Shown here one piece after another: positions 28,294-36,475 of a stretch of DNA of 41,364 bases (position 1 is its first letter; each line of letters opens with the position of its first letter). Below the pieces are notes generated by a model that worked only from the letters and a program-made list of their open reading frames with translations, was not told the origin of the DNA and searched no databases. The DNA is from a virus (lineage: Duplodnaviria; Caudoviricetes): IMG/VR virus record IMGVR_UViG_3300012931_000036, positions 1 through 41,364 of that record; one strand, written 5' to 3'. Made by a program: the position numbers and the translations under genes.

Positions 28294-29180
28294 CGGTTCG
28301 TCTCTCCTTTCGCGTCGGCTTTCGGGGCGATGGCCTGCTTGTTGGTTAGTTCGATAAAGTTAGCTAACGACTCGTCTGGATTTAGGAGCAGCCTTGAGCG
28401 TGGCACCTCGGCCAAGATAAACTTTGCGAACATTTCGCATTTACTGCGCAGCGTCGCGATCTCGTCGGCCTGCCGAAATAATTCCTTGTCGATGCAGGTT
28501 AGACAGACGTATCCGCCCATGTTGTCGTTGCGCAACGGCGTGTGCTTGTCCTGTCCGCAGACCGCGCAGCAGGTGTGCTGCGTTGAGTGGTAGGTAGCAG
28601 ACGCCATCTTGGCCTCGGCGGATTCGGCGCGCTTTGTTAAATATTCGTCGCGCTCAGCGTAATTACGCAACGATGAACGGTGCATTTCATCGTCAAACTT
28701 AAGTTCAGCAATCCGCCTGTCCTTTTCGGCCAGTCGATCTACCTGCTGCTTATTGATAACCAACGCAGCTTCTACGCTCTGATTCGCAAGGCGCGTCTTT
28801 TGCTGTTCATCGCTGAGTTGTTGTTGCAGCGCGGCTAGTTCGTCCGCTACAGTGGCGGGCGTGAGTGCAATAGCGTCACGCAACATGTCTTGTGTTGTTT
28901 CGCAAAATCTATTTCGGAAGTCGTAAATATAGTTCAGCGCCTCTTTCTGCTTCGCGCAGATCGTTCGAAGGGCACTAGCTTCTAATGCTATGTCAATAAG
29001 CGGATCACTGGAGTTTTTTAGTTCATCGTACTGACGATCCTTTTCCGCCGCCACCTGCTCGACGTGCGCCGTGATTAGCGCGACGGCTTCTTCATGGGTT
29101 AATTTATCGCGAATTTCTCCGTTGTCGGATATTCCTTCGCGTATTTTATCAACGATCTGCTCTGCTGTTTGTTTGCTCAT
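28290..29180 (-). CDS. Mosaic coiled-coil protein with a CxxC...CxxC Zn-binding module
   Basis: CAVCGQDKHTPLR...YVCLTC embedded in heptad-rich sequence. Confidence 0.7.
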   Translation of the reverse strand: MSKQTAEQIVDKIREGISDNGEIRDKLTHEEAVALITAHVEQVAAEKDRQYDELKNSSDPLIDIALEASALRTICAKQKEALNYIYDFRNRFCETTQDMLRDAIALTPATVADELAALQQQLSDEQQKTRLANQSVEAALVINKQQVDRLAEKDRRIAELKFDDEMHRSSLRNYAERDEYLTKRAESAEAKMASATYHSTQHTCCAVCGQDKHTPLRNDNMGGYVCLTCIDKELFRQADEIATLRSKCEMFAKFILAEVPRSRLLLNPDESLANFIELTNKQAIAPKADAKGETNR

Positions 29181-29209
29181 GACATTGCCTTTATTTTGGC
29201 GATTGGTGG

Positions 29210-30064
29210 TTAAGGTATTGGCATTTCCTGAATGTAGTCAGGAACGCTTATCGGCGTGATTTCATCGCTTGATCCTGGCCAAACGCCAGAGTCATAGCAC
29301 TGTTTCAGCCGTGCGAGATCGGACATGATGTGACGGCGAGCAACGTCTAGCGTGATTTCGTCGGGTTCCCTCACCTCAACTTGGTGCGGCTCCTCCTTTT
29401 CAATGACGACGAACAGGAATCGAGGGAATGGACCTCCCAGATTTGCCGCCTCTTGCGTGACGATGCGATAAAACGCAGCCTGTTTCCAGTAGTTGAACTT
29501 CAGGAATTGGCGGTTGAAGTTGCTCAGGTGGTCAATCGTCTTCACGTCTACAATGAGCGGCCTGCCGTACTTGTCTAGCGTGTCATCAAACCAGTCTAGG
29601 CGGCTCTGTATGTCGAAAGAGGCCATCTTGACCCTTGCGACTATTTCAGGCGTTCCTTTTTCAAACAGACGGGCGGCTACGGGCTTTGCACGGATCGCCT
29701 TCGTCATCTTCCACGCTAAGTCTAGGTCTTCTTCGGAGATTACGGACTTCCCTGCGTTTTTGCTGGCGAACGCTTCGGCGTCTGCCTTGCCTTGTTTCGT
29801 GCGGCGGTCGAATGAAGGCGACACACAGAATCTCTCTGCGAAGGCCGATTCACCTTCGAGCGTGAGGCAGTGAAAGGCTTCCCCGAAAGACATCGCCTCA
29901 GACTGGATGTTTTCCTTGGCGGCTTCTTTACTGATGTGTCTGCGGTAGTAGAGAAGCGGAAGGTTTGGCGCTGAGAAATCTGCCAGCCGATGGGAACTGA
30001 CGCCCTCGGTGGCGTGATATTTCGCGCTAGATTCGTTTCGGATTAGGCCGTATGCGGTGCTCAT
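29210..30064 (-). CDS. recE: RecE/exonuclease VIII-like PD-(D/E)XK nuclease (DUF3799-type)
   Basis: YHA..GVSS, FG.AFH..LE, DRRTK.GK, RLD, VDVKT, Y..QAAFY and FLFVVIEKE.P. Confidence 0.88.
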   Translation of the reverse strand: MSTAYGLIRNESSAKYHATEGVSSHRLADFSAPNLPLLYYRRHISKEAAKENIQSEAMSFGEAFHCLTLEGESAFAERFCVSPSFDRRTKQGKADAEAFASKNAGKSVISEEDLDLAWKMTKAIRAKPVAARLFEKGTPEIVARVKMASFDIQSRLDWFDDTLDKYGRPLIVDVKTIDHLSNFNRQFLKFNYWKQAAFYRIVTQEAANLGGPFPRFLFVVIEKEEPHQVEVREPDEITLDVARRHIMSDLARLKQCYDSGVWPGSSDEITPISVPDYIQEMPIP

Positions 30065-30774
30065 GATTTGGCCTTGCTTGCTTCGATGTCGGCGCGGATC
30101 TGTTCGTCACCTTGGAATAAATCTTCAGTGACAGGCAGTGTTTCCAGCTTTGGAGCGTCGAGCGCGGAAAGCCTTTCGACTGGCGCGGGCGGCGTAACGT
30201 TGCGCGGTTCAGGCGGAATATCCCGCGCCTCCTCAGAGGCCATGCAGCCCTTGAGGACGTCGCTAAATCCATCGCGCAAGGCCCAGCTACGGGCACGCAT
30301 CAAGAGCATGCGCTGAGGGTAGGAAGTCCATGGGCCAGCCTTACCCCACAATCCCGCTTTCCTTGCGTCATCAATTGAGAACGTGCGGATAATCGGCTCA
30401 GAGTTACCGCGCCGTTTCACCGTCACGCGAGCGAAGGTAGGCTGAATATCGTCCTTGTAGTCTTCGAGGAGGCCGGACGCGTCAACGATTGCCTTCATGG
30501 CATCGCCCCAAATCGAGGGACGGCCATTGATGACAGCGATTGAACTAAGTGCGGTCATTGGAGGAAGGCCAAGTTCTGCACCGAACTGCATGGCGACTAG
30601 AACGGCCTGAGGCGTTTTGAAATCCTTTGGAGCCCAGCCGCCATCAATTACGGCTTTAGCGAAGATCAGCGCTTGCTCCATGGTCTGGAGCGCTACGCCG
30701 TTTTGGCCAAAGTGCATTAGTGACGATTGTTTGGGTGCTCCAGCGATTGGGATGGTAGGCGTTTCGTTATTCAT
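30061..30774 (-). CDS. recT: RecT-like ssDNA annealing protein
   Basis: G.ELGL.PM.AL..I.VINGRPSIWGD, A.KAGLWGK.GPW..YP.RML..RA...ALRD.F.DVLKG; paired with RecE. Confidence 0.88.
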   Translation of the reverse strand: MNNETPTIPIAGAPKQSSLMHFGQNGVALQTMEQALIFAKAVIDGGWAPKDFKTPQAVLVAMQFGAELGLPPMTALSSIAVINGRPSIWGDAMKAIVDASGLLEDYKDDIQPTFARVTVKRRGNSEPIIRTFSIDDARKAGLWGKAGPWTSYPQRMLLMRARSWALRDGFSDVLKGCMASEEARDIPPEPRNVTPPAPVERLSALDAPKLETLPVTEDLFQGDEQIRADIEASKAKS

Positions 30775-30856
30775 AGGTAAAAACTCAGTCCGTTAAACGG
30801 AAAATTAAAAGAAACAGTAAAGAAAGAGGGAGGATGGGAGGGAGATGGTAAAAAAG

Positions 30857-31066
30857 TCAACATTCAAGTTCTCCGAATGCAACTTTTATTGCAAGTGCTT
30901 CACCGAGTTTAGCAAGTGTGCTGTATTGAGGGTTGCCCATTCCATTTTCTATCTTGGAAAGATTGCCTTTGGATATGTCTGCTTGCTTGGCCAGGGCAGG
31001 AAGAGACATATTGCGCAGATGGCGAACGGCGCGAATGTAAGCGCCGAGTTTGGCTGTGTTTTTCAT
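30857..31066 (-). CDS. XRE-family HTH regulator
   Basis: IR.VR...MSL..LAKQADISKGNLSKIENG..NP...TL.KL..AL. Confidence 0.92.
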   Translation of the reverse strand: MKNTAKLGAYIRAVRHLRNMSLPALAKQADISKGNLSKIENGMGNPQYSTLAKLGEALAIKVAFGELEC

Positions 31067-31139
31067 AGGTTAAATTATGCCTCAGATTACGCGCTGAGGC
31101 TCCGCGTTTACTGATTACGTGCTGAACGAATAGCCTGTT

Positions 31140-31415
31140 TTAGGCACGGCAATCGAAGGTAAGATTACATTCTATTGATCCGTCACCTTTCGGCACGAGG
31201 ACAGTCTCGTTTACGTCTGATGCTCGAATTGTTCCTACTCCTGGAAGATGCACTACAGCACCAGATTTAAACCAGTTTTGCACTATGTCAATTATAGCGT
31301 CTCTTGCTGAATACCTCGTTAGGATTGGCTCATTTTGGCACATATATGGAGGTTGCAGAGTAGCGCCGCCGATTTGGAGGCCTACGGATTTACTTTGTTT
31401 GGTTTTGTTTTTCAT
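31140..31415 (-). CDS. Hypothetical protein
   Basis: ORF in the leftward operon. Confidence 0.55.
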   Translation of the reverse strand: MKNKTKQSKSVGLQIGGATLQPPYMCQNEPILTRYSARDAIIDIVQNWFKSGAVVHLPGVGTIRASDVNETVLVPKGDGSIECNLTFDCRA

Positions 31416-31425
31416 GGGATGAAAA

Positions 31426-31650
31426 TTACTGTGTTGGTTTATTCTTCGTTAAAACGGTTCCGTCGTTGGCGACAATGGCGTTTTTATCGACGTAGTACGT
31501 GGTGTACTTGCCGTTTAGCAGTACTTCAACGCTAACTGGCTTTGTCTTGGCGTCTATTTCATCTCGCAGCCTATCTACGCGCTTTTCTATCTGGCGCACG
31601 ATTAAGGCGAGCAGGACGATAAGGATCAGGAGTAGGAATGATGCAATCAT
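31426..31650 (-). CDS. Small membrane-anchored protein
   Basis: N-terminal hydrophobic helix. Confidence 0.65.
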   Translation of the reverse strand: MIASFLLLILIVLLALIVRQIEKRVDRLRDEIDAKTKPVSVEVLLNGKYTTYYVDKNAIVANDGTVLTKNKPTQ

Positions 31651-31652
31651 GG

Positions 31653-32186
31653 TTATCTATTATCACCAAGCGATTTTACTTTGATTAGTTCGTTAAGGTA
31701 TTCGTCACAGCGTTTCTGCGCGTCTGCCCGCATGGCATCCTTGAATGCTCCGACTAGATCAACCATATTCTGTTTTACTACTTTATCAAATTCCTCGCCA
31801 GCGATCCTTTTGAATAAGAATTCATGCCTTGGATGCGTACCCCAACCGCGAGGATCAGGTTTCCCTTTTTCGTCAACTTTCTCCATCCAATAGTCGCGCG
31901 CACGAACAGCAATGGCGGCGCGTATAGTTGTCGGATCGCCAACTTTATCACCAAAAATATCAACTGGGATAATCTCCTTGGATAGGATGCGCTCCATTTC
32001 TTCTGATAGCGCCGAGTCAACGCAGGCATTAAGCTTTTCCTTTACTAGTTTTTCTATGCGGGCGTTTATTTCTTTTCTGGCAATATCGCCTAAATCGCTA
32101 TCGTCCGCGTATTGGTCTGCTAGTTTTGTTGCGGCAAGATTTAGAATCTCTTCGCGTGTAATATTGAATGGGTTTTCGTTTTTCAT
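31653..32186 (-). CDS. Hypothetical helical protein
   Basis: Start MKNENPF at 32186 preferred; PVD.FG...G..TT and YW.EKVD..GK pattern. Confidence 0.7.
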   Translation of the reverse strand: MKNENPFNITREEILNLAATKLADQYADDSDLGDIARKEINARIEKLVKEKLNACVDSALSEEMERILSKEIIPVDIFGDKVGDPTTIRAAIAVRARDYWMEKVDEKGKPDPRGWGTHPRHEFLFKRIAGEEFDKVVKQNMVDLVGAFKDAMRADAQKRCDEYLNELIKVKSLGDNR

Positions 32187-32190
32187 GTGG

Positions 32191-32445
32191 TTATTTTTGG
32201 TTATTGTTAAGTAGTCGGTGTGCGTTGAGGATGCGAGCCATCTGCTGCATTGCCCAGCCGGTCGGCCTTCTACCTGCATACCAGCCGTTGACCGTGCGGA
32301 CAGATGCACCAGTCGCGCGAGCTAGTTCCTTGGCCGTAAATCCGGTTTCTTGGCGGAATAGGTGCATGCCAATTCTCGTATGAAGCGGATTACCGCCATC
32401 GTCGGTGAAAATCGGACGCTTAACTCCAATTGTTTTGATTATCAT
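32191..32445 (-). CDS. HTH (Cro/XRE-like) DNA-binding protein
   Basis: FRQETGFTAKELARATGASVRTVNGWYAGRRP. Confidence 0.8.
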   Translation of the reverse strand: MIIKTIGVKRPIFTDDGGNPLHTRIGMHLFRQETGFTAKELARATGASVRTVNGWYAGRRPTGWAMQQMARILNAHRLLNNNQK

Positions 32446-32578
32446 GGTTATTGTCTTCTAGGTTTTTGTTGAAAGGTATGCTAACGAGCACGCCAGCAAT
32501 TAGGCCGATGCAGAACGATAGGAAAAGGCAGGCTACGAAGTAGCTGGCCGGGATGTGGAGGGTTGGCGACGATAGCAT
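32420..32578 (-). CDS. Small membrane protein
   Basis: YFVACLFLSFCIGLIAGVLVSI transmembrane segment. Confidence 0.45.
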   Translation of the reverse strand: MLSSPTLHIPASYFVACLFLSFCIGLIAGVLVSIPFNKNLEDNNHDNQNNWS

Positions 32579-32582
32579 TTGA

Positions 32583-32849
32583 TTATTTATTATTGCGTTC
32601 AAGAATTGCGCCATTCCGTAGAGTGTTATCGGCAAGCTTTAAGAATTCAGGCAACGAGTGTATCCTACGATACTCTTTATTTACGATAAACGCAACGCAA
32701 TCTCCTTCAATTGAGATTACATCGCAAATTGATTTCGGCACAACGGAGCCGATTCTGCTAAGAGGATCAATATATATTGATCCTGGTTTTACGAATCGAT
32801 CCCCGCTGATGGGTATATAGTCGGCTGGAAGTGTCGTGCATTGGCTCAT
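32583..32849 (-). CDS. Hypothetical protein
   Basis: Coupled ORF in the leftward operon. Confidence 0.55.
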   Translation of the reverse strand: MSQCTTLPADYIPISGDRFVKPGSIYIDPLSRIGSVVPKSICDVISIEGDCVAFIVNKEYRRIHSLPEFLKLADNTLRNGAILERNNK

Positions 32850-33115
32850 AGTGCGGATTCTTGTAGGAATTTAAGTTGATATGGAGTAGGCGAGTGCTCA
32901 GCGCCGGTTTCGGCGTTGACGCACTCGTGAAGGTCTAGGCAAATCTGACCAGAGAATTGGCCAGCGTGGTTAACGGGGCATCCGATTGCGTCTGCCATGC
33001 TCTCGGCGGAGAACGTAGCGCGCAAAATTATGCCATCATCATCGAAATACTCTTCTGCGACTATCATGTCAGGTCCTTGTATTTGGCGAGTGTAAACCTT
33101 GCTGACAGCGCGCAC
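32846..33115 (-). CDS. Hypothetical protein (start may be 33067)
   Basis: Coupled ORF. Confidence 0.5.
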   Translation of the reverse strand: MRAVSKVYTRQIQGPDMIVAEEYFDDDGIILRATFSAESMADAIGCPVNHAGQFSGQICLDLHECVNAETGAEHSPTPYQLKFLQESAL

Positions 33116-33363
33116 TCACGAAGCAATTCCGCTGCCGCACCTATTTCGGACAGACACTCAGAATTGCTAGCGATAAATATCGTGCGTGCGTGTTCATCAT
33201 AATTTAGCAGCGCATCAACTAGCTCCTTTACTGCTGGCTTTATAGCGTGCTCTTGGATTATGGCGGACAGCCTTTCCTCTGTGCTTACGGCTATATTGAT
33301 AGTGAGCATCTTACTCATTGCTTCACATGTCGCGTTTTTAGCGTATTGAGATGTAGCATTCAT
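33064..33363 (-). CDS. Hypothetical protein
   Basis: ATGA-coupled ORF. Confidence 0.6.
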   Translation of the reverse strand: MNATSQYAKNATCEAMSKMLTINIAVSTEERLSAIIQEHAIKPAVKELVDALLNYDEHARTIFIASNSECLSEIGAAAELLRECALSARFTLAKYKDLT

Positions 33364-33656
33364 TTCAGTTCCTTTGACTTGGCCGCGTTGTAGCGGGCGA
33401 GTGCCGCCCTAATTAGGTCAATATCGGAACCCTGCGTCACCTTTAAGTTTAGATCATAAACATCACCGCGAATCCTATCAGAATATCGTAGGCATTCTAC
33501 TAGGGCAATATTTAGTTCGTCGGCTATCGCGTTAGTGTGCGCGTCGATAATACGGGCCCAGTCTTCAGTAGGAAGCCCCTTGGAGTCCTGCGCGGCTTGG
33601 ATAGCTCCAGCCGTTGTTATAGCGCCTGGGCTCGGCTTGTTTTCGTCGGTTGTCAT
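33360..33656 (-). CDS. Hypothetical protein
   Basis: ATGA-coupled ORF. Confidence 0.65.
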   Translation of the reverse strand: MTTDENKPSPGAITTAGAIQAAQDSKGLPTEDWARIIDAHTNAIADELNIALVECLRYSDRIRGDVYDLNLKVTQGSDIDLIRAALARYNAAKSKELK

Positions 33657-33910
33657 AGTGTTGGTTTAGTAGTTGTTTCTCGTGCGATTATCATGGCGTC
33701 GGCTATGTCGTATGCCCAACGCGCGATTTTAGCTGGATCAGATGATGACGACCCATCTTGCAGGGGCATAGACGCCGATGTAATGGCTTTACCGGCGAAC
33801 CAGTCGCGCAGCGTCATGCCGGAATCATTATAATCCCGACGTTCGCCGTTTATACTTAGTGACCCAGATGATGGGAATGCCGATCCACCGTCGTTTATTC
33901 GTGTGCTCAT
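33653..33910 (-). CDS. Conserved small phage protein (DGG.AFP...GMTLRDWFAG.A family)
   Basis: INDGGSAFP, GMTLRDWFAGKA and A.WAYDIADAMI.AR motifs. Confidence 0.85.
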   Translation of the reverse strand: MSTRINDGGSAFPSSGSLSINGERRDYNDSGMTLRDWFAGKAITSASMPLQDGSSSSDPAKIARWAYDIADAMIIARETTTKPTL

Positions 33911-34143
33911 TTGACCTTCGTTTTCTTCCACACTGTAAACTTGTCGTCATGCGTTGGCGTGATCTCCGACAAGCCTTCGCCTATTTGATTAAAAAGTGGC
34001 TGGAGTAAAAACTCGCGGTGGCCTTCGTCGTCTACGGTCAAAGCGCGGATAACTCGCCACAGGCATCCGTTAACCTCCGGTGTAGTTATCGCCAGCATGT
34101 CGCCCACGGTAATCTCGCATGCTCGTATGGTTTCTATTTTCAT
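33907..34143 (-). CDS. Hypothetical SH3-like small protein; first gene of the leftward operon
   Basis: I.A.EI.VGD pattern; follows the divergent intergenic region 34144-34308. Confidence 0.6.
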   Translation of the reverse strand: MKIETIRACEITVGDMLAITTPEVNGCLWRVIRALTVDDEGHREFLLQPLFNQIGEGLSEITPTHDDKFTVWKKTKVK

Positions 34144-34308
34144 AGGTTATGTTTACGCCGACAAGGGGTACGCAAAAAACGCTATACGACAAGCAGAATC
34201 TTACGATTTCACTTTATTGATACGCAACTAGTTGATTTGCTAGTCTTTAAGCTGAGATAAAATATTTAGGATTGAATCTCTGATTAAAATCGTAGAGGGT
34301 TTTCGCTA

Positions 34309-34824
34309 ATGAAGAAGATCCCATTAACAAAAGGCAAGTTCGCCATTGTAGATGACGAAGACTACGACAGGCTAATGAAATATAAATGGCACGAATCGAA
34401 TGGCTACGCGATACGTGTAATTAAACGTAAACCAAGAAAGAATGGTAAAAAGTCCAAATCTTTTTTGATGCATCGTGTAATAATGAAAGCTAGACGCGGG
34501 CAGTTTATCGATCATAAAAACATAGATAAACTCGATAATAGAAAAGAAAACCTCAGATTCTGCACGCCCCAACAGAATGCGTTTAATTTTGATATTTCAC
34601 GGAATAATAAAACAGGATACAAGGGAGTGCATATGCAGCCCAACGGAACGTATATAGCGATAATATACGTAGATGGGAAGGCGCGACGCCTTGGGTTGTT
34701 TTCAACCGCAAAAGAAGCAGGGGAGGCATATGATAAAGTCGCGCTAAAACACTTCGGTGAGTTTGCTAGAACCAATGCAATGATTCACGCTAACCGAACA
34801 ATGAATAACCCGCAACACATATGA
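34309..34824 (+). CDS. HNH-AP2 homing endonuclease
   Basis: IPLTKGKFAIVDDEDY, MHRVIM, IDHKN.DKLDNRKENLR, GYKGV, LG.F.TA.EA..AYD and FGEFA. Confidence 0.93.
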   Translation: MKKIPLTKGKFAIVDDEDYDRLMKYKWHESNGYAIRVIKRKPRKNGKKSKSFLMHRVIMKARRGQFIDHKNIDKLDNRKENLRFCTPQQNAFNFDISRNNKTGYKGVHMQPNGTYIAIIYVDGKARRLGLFSTAKEAGEAYDKVALKHFGEFARTNAMIHANRTMNNPQHI

Positions 34825-35237
34825 CAACTCAAAACTCAGATACACAAAATACCGTCGCCGAAGCCCCAGTCAATGGCGTTGGCCCTGGAGATTTGTTAGC
34901 TAATCTTACCCTGAAACAGAGTACGTGCCCACTATCCGATGTTGCCGCGCATAGCAGCAGTCCTAAAAACAACCTATACGTTTTAAGCGTCAAGCTTGAA
35001 CGCGAGAACGCAGCACTTCGAGCAGCTCTTGAACCATTCTCCCGCGAGTGGGCATCATGGCACGGCAAAAGCGCAAAGGCTGTGATGATATGCGAGGCCG
35101 GGTTTAGCCCAGTCGAAGCCGAGTTTACGCAGGACGACCTCCAGCGCGCTGCCGATATTTTGCTTAACAACCCAGTCAGCAACGCCGTGAGCGGGACTGA
35201 ACAACAGAACGGGCCAAGCAACGGCGTTGCGCTGTAG
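34821..35237 (+). CDS. Cassette 1 ORF, hypothetical
   Basis: N-terminus passes through attC half-site A; C-terminus is encoded by attC B. Confidence 0.65.
   Translation: MTTQNSDTQNTVAEAPVNGVGPGDLLANLTLKQSTCPLSDVAAHSSSPKNNLYVLSVKLERENAALRAALEPFSREWASWHGKSAKAVMICEAGFSPVEAEFTQDDLQRAADILLNNPVSNAVSGTEQQNGPSNGVAL
34875..34901 (-). mobile_element. attC-like half-site A (right arm only)
   Basis: GGCGTTGGCCC-T-GGAGATTT-GTTAGCT has the same geometry as the right arms of sites B-D; no matching left arm found. Confidence 0.5.
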
Positions 35238-35250
35238 TGGCTGGTTAGGC
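35162..35250 (-). mobile_element. attC-like site B (89 bp)
   Basis: GCTTAAC...AGTCAGCAACGCC / GGCGTT(GC)GCTG(T)AGT...GTTAGGC. Confidence 0.8.
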
Positions 35251-35261
35251 ATCTTTTACCT

Positions 35262-35507
35262 GTGAAACCAATAAATACAAAAACCCTCATTAACGTAATC
35301 AATCGCCTTCCTGCACCATCGCGGAAGGGCGAGGTGCATCAGGCGTATATTCGAAATCGCGTGGCCGAGCTGAACGAAGACTGGCCAATCTCAATCGAAG
35401 GTACTCCAGGCCGCGAAATATCGGGCATTGTAATACAGTTCATAGCCGTCGCGTACGTCAAAGATCGGAACCAGTGGCTGGAATGGGAGATCCTCAGTCT
35501 TGTCTAA
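35262..35507 (+). CDS. Cassette 2 ORF, hypothetical
   Basis: GTG start after site B; its TAA stop lies inside GTCTAAC of site C. Confidence 0.65.
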   Translation: MKPINTKTLINVINRLPAPSRKGEVHQAYIRNRVAELNEDWPISIEGTPGREISGIVIQFIAVAYVKDRNQWLEWEILSLV

Positions 35508-35596
35508 CGCCGGGGATGAGCAACGGCGAGCCAAGGACTAAATCTATGAACGAAAAGACACAATCCGAGCCGTTGCGCTCTAGCCCATTGTTAGGC
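35502..35596 (-). mobile_element. attC-like site C (95 bp) with AAGGA and ATG in its loop
   Basis: GTCTAAC...GATGAGCAACGGC / GCCGTT(GC)GCTC(T)AGC...GTTAGGC. Confidence 0.82.
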
Positions 35597-35827
35597 AATC
35601 TTAAAGTCGGTGATACTGTTGTCGCGACAACGATAATAACCCGCGTTGATAAGAAAGCCCGGCTCTGGCACGGGGATAAAGCGACCATTACGGATTTATT
35701 TAGGACTGAAGATGCGGTGATTGTCGGAGTCGAAACGGATAACGGGAGGCGTATTGGTGATATTGTTCTTTGGGGGAAACCGACCGACCTGTTGATTGCG
35801 GAGCCTAACAACCCGCATCAGCCATGA
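35546..35827 (+). CDS. Cassette 3 ORF, SH3/KOW-like small protein
   Basis: Starts within site C and stops within site D; LKVGDTVV...GDKATI pattern. Confidence 0.7.
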   Translation: MNEKTQSEPLRSSPLLGNLKVGDTVVATTIITRVDKKARLWHGDKATITDLFRTEDAVIVGVETDNGRRIGDIVLWGKPTDLLIAEPNNPHQP

Positions 35828-35897
35828 GCGACGAACAACAGAACGATAACGCCGCAGCCCCCGAGCAAGCGAATTGCGCTGTGGGCGATGGTTCGGC
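35803..35897 (-). mobile_element. attC-like site D (95 bp, inner stem degenerate)
   Basis: GCCTAAC...CATCAGC / GCTG(T)GGG...GTTCGGC; loop shares GAACAACAGAACG with site B. Confidence 0.7.
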
Positions 35898-36063
35898 GTC
35901 TTCCGTGGACGCAGCATTTATGGCCGAGTGGGCGAATATGTTTCCGGTAGGTGACGACGGAGGACTATCTCCAACTGCCGTGCATATCGCCATGGAGTGC
36001 TTCAGGCGCGGAGCACTCTGGCAAGCCTGTCAGCCGAACATCCGCCGATCAGACACGCCGTAG
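35824..36063 (+). CDS. Cassette 4 ORF, hypothetical
   Basis: Starts within site D and stops within site E. Confidence 0.6.
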   Translation: MSDEQQNDNAAAPEQANCAVGDGSASSVDAAFMAEWANMFPVGDDGGLSPTAVHIAMECFRRGALWQACQPNIRRSDTP

Positions 36064-36091
36064 GGCGTTGTCTGTATCGCGCTGGTTGGGG
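36033..36091 (-). mobile_element. attC-like site E (59 bp)
   Basis: GCCGAAC-6 nt-CGATCAGACACGCC-gtag-GGCGT(T)GTCTG(T)ATCG-5 nt-GTTGGGG, with two extrahelical bases. Confidence 0.88.
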
Positions 36092-36136
36092 CTCCGATTT
36101 TAACGCAACGACAACAATCAAATAACAGGAAATACT

Positions 36137-36475
36137 ATGAGTGGTGGAAGCTGGGATTACTTTTACGGGCGACTTGAAGAAGTCGCTTCACGTCTTCAAT
36201 GCGAGCGCGACCCGCTCCGCAAAGCATTTGGCTCGCATCTCCAAAAATGCGCGAAGGCGCTCCACGACATCGAGTGGGTGGACTCGTGCGACTCTGCGCC
36301 GGGCGACGAAGTGAAGGCGATCAAGGCCGTGCTCGGCACCGACGGCCCGGCGCTCGTTCTTTCTGAATCTCGCAAGCAGGCAGAAGCGGCGCTAGAACAA
36401 CTCAAGGCGGCGCTGGCAGATTGCCCTAACAACCGGGGTCAGACAATGGCGCTAGATAAACGGAAAACGATATGA
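36137..36475 (+). CDS. Cassette 5 ORF, MSGGS.DY phage family hypothetical
   Basis: AGGA RBS; MSGGSWDY...KALHDIEW.DS.D motif; reads through half-site F. Confidence 0.8.
   Translation: MSGGSWDYFYGRLEEVASRLQCERDPLRKAFGSHLQKCAKALHDIEWVDSCDSAPGDEVKAIKAVLGTDGPALVLSESRKQAEAALEQLKAALADCPNNRGQTMALDKRKTI
36423..36444 (-). mobile_element. attC-like half-site F (left arm only)
   Basis: GCCCTAAC-AACCGG-GGTCAGAC; its AAC box complements GTTGGGGC of site E. Confidence 0.6.

Noticed and set aside
30800-30860. Purine-rich tract as a G-quadruplex or special element
   Set aside because: G-runs are too few and irregular; on the minus strand it reads as a plausible TTGACT promoter and leader for recT
32228-32262. 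Possible minus-strand attC right arm (the ...GQCSRWLA frame)
   Set aside because: It has GCT instead of GTT, no matching left arm, and lies within a good HTH coding frame
34788-34794. CGCTAAC as the left core box of site A
   Set aside because: It pairs with GTTAGC, but the adjacent sequence does not complement the right arm, so A is treated as a half-site
35235-35237. Genome-wide TAG recoding
   Set aside because: Large genes are intact under the standard code, and TAG ends the tailspike gene immediately before the next start codon
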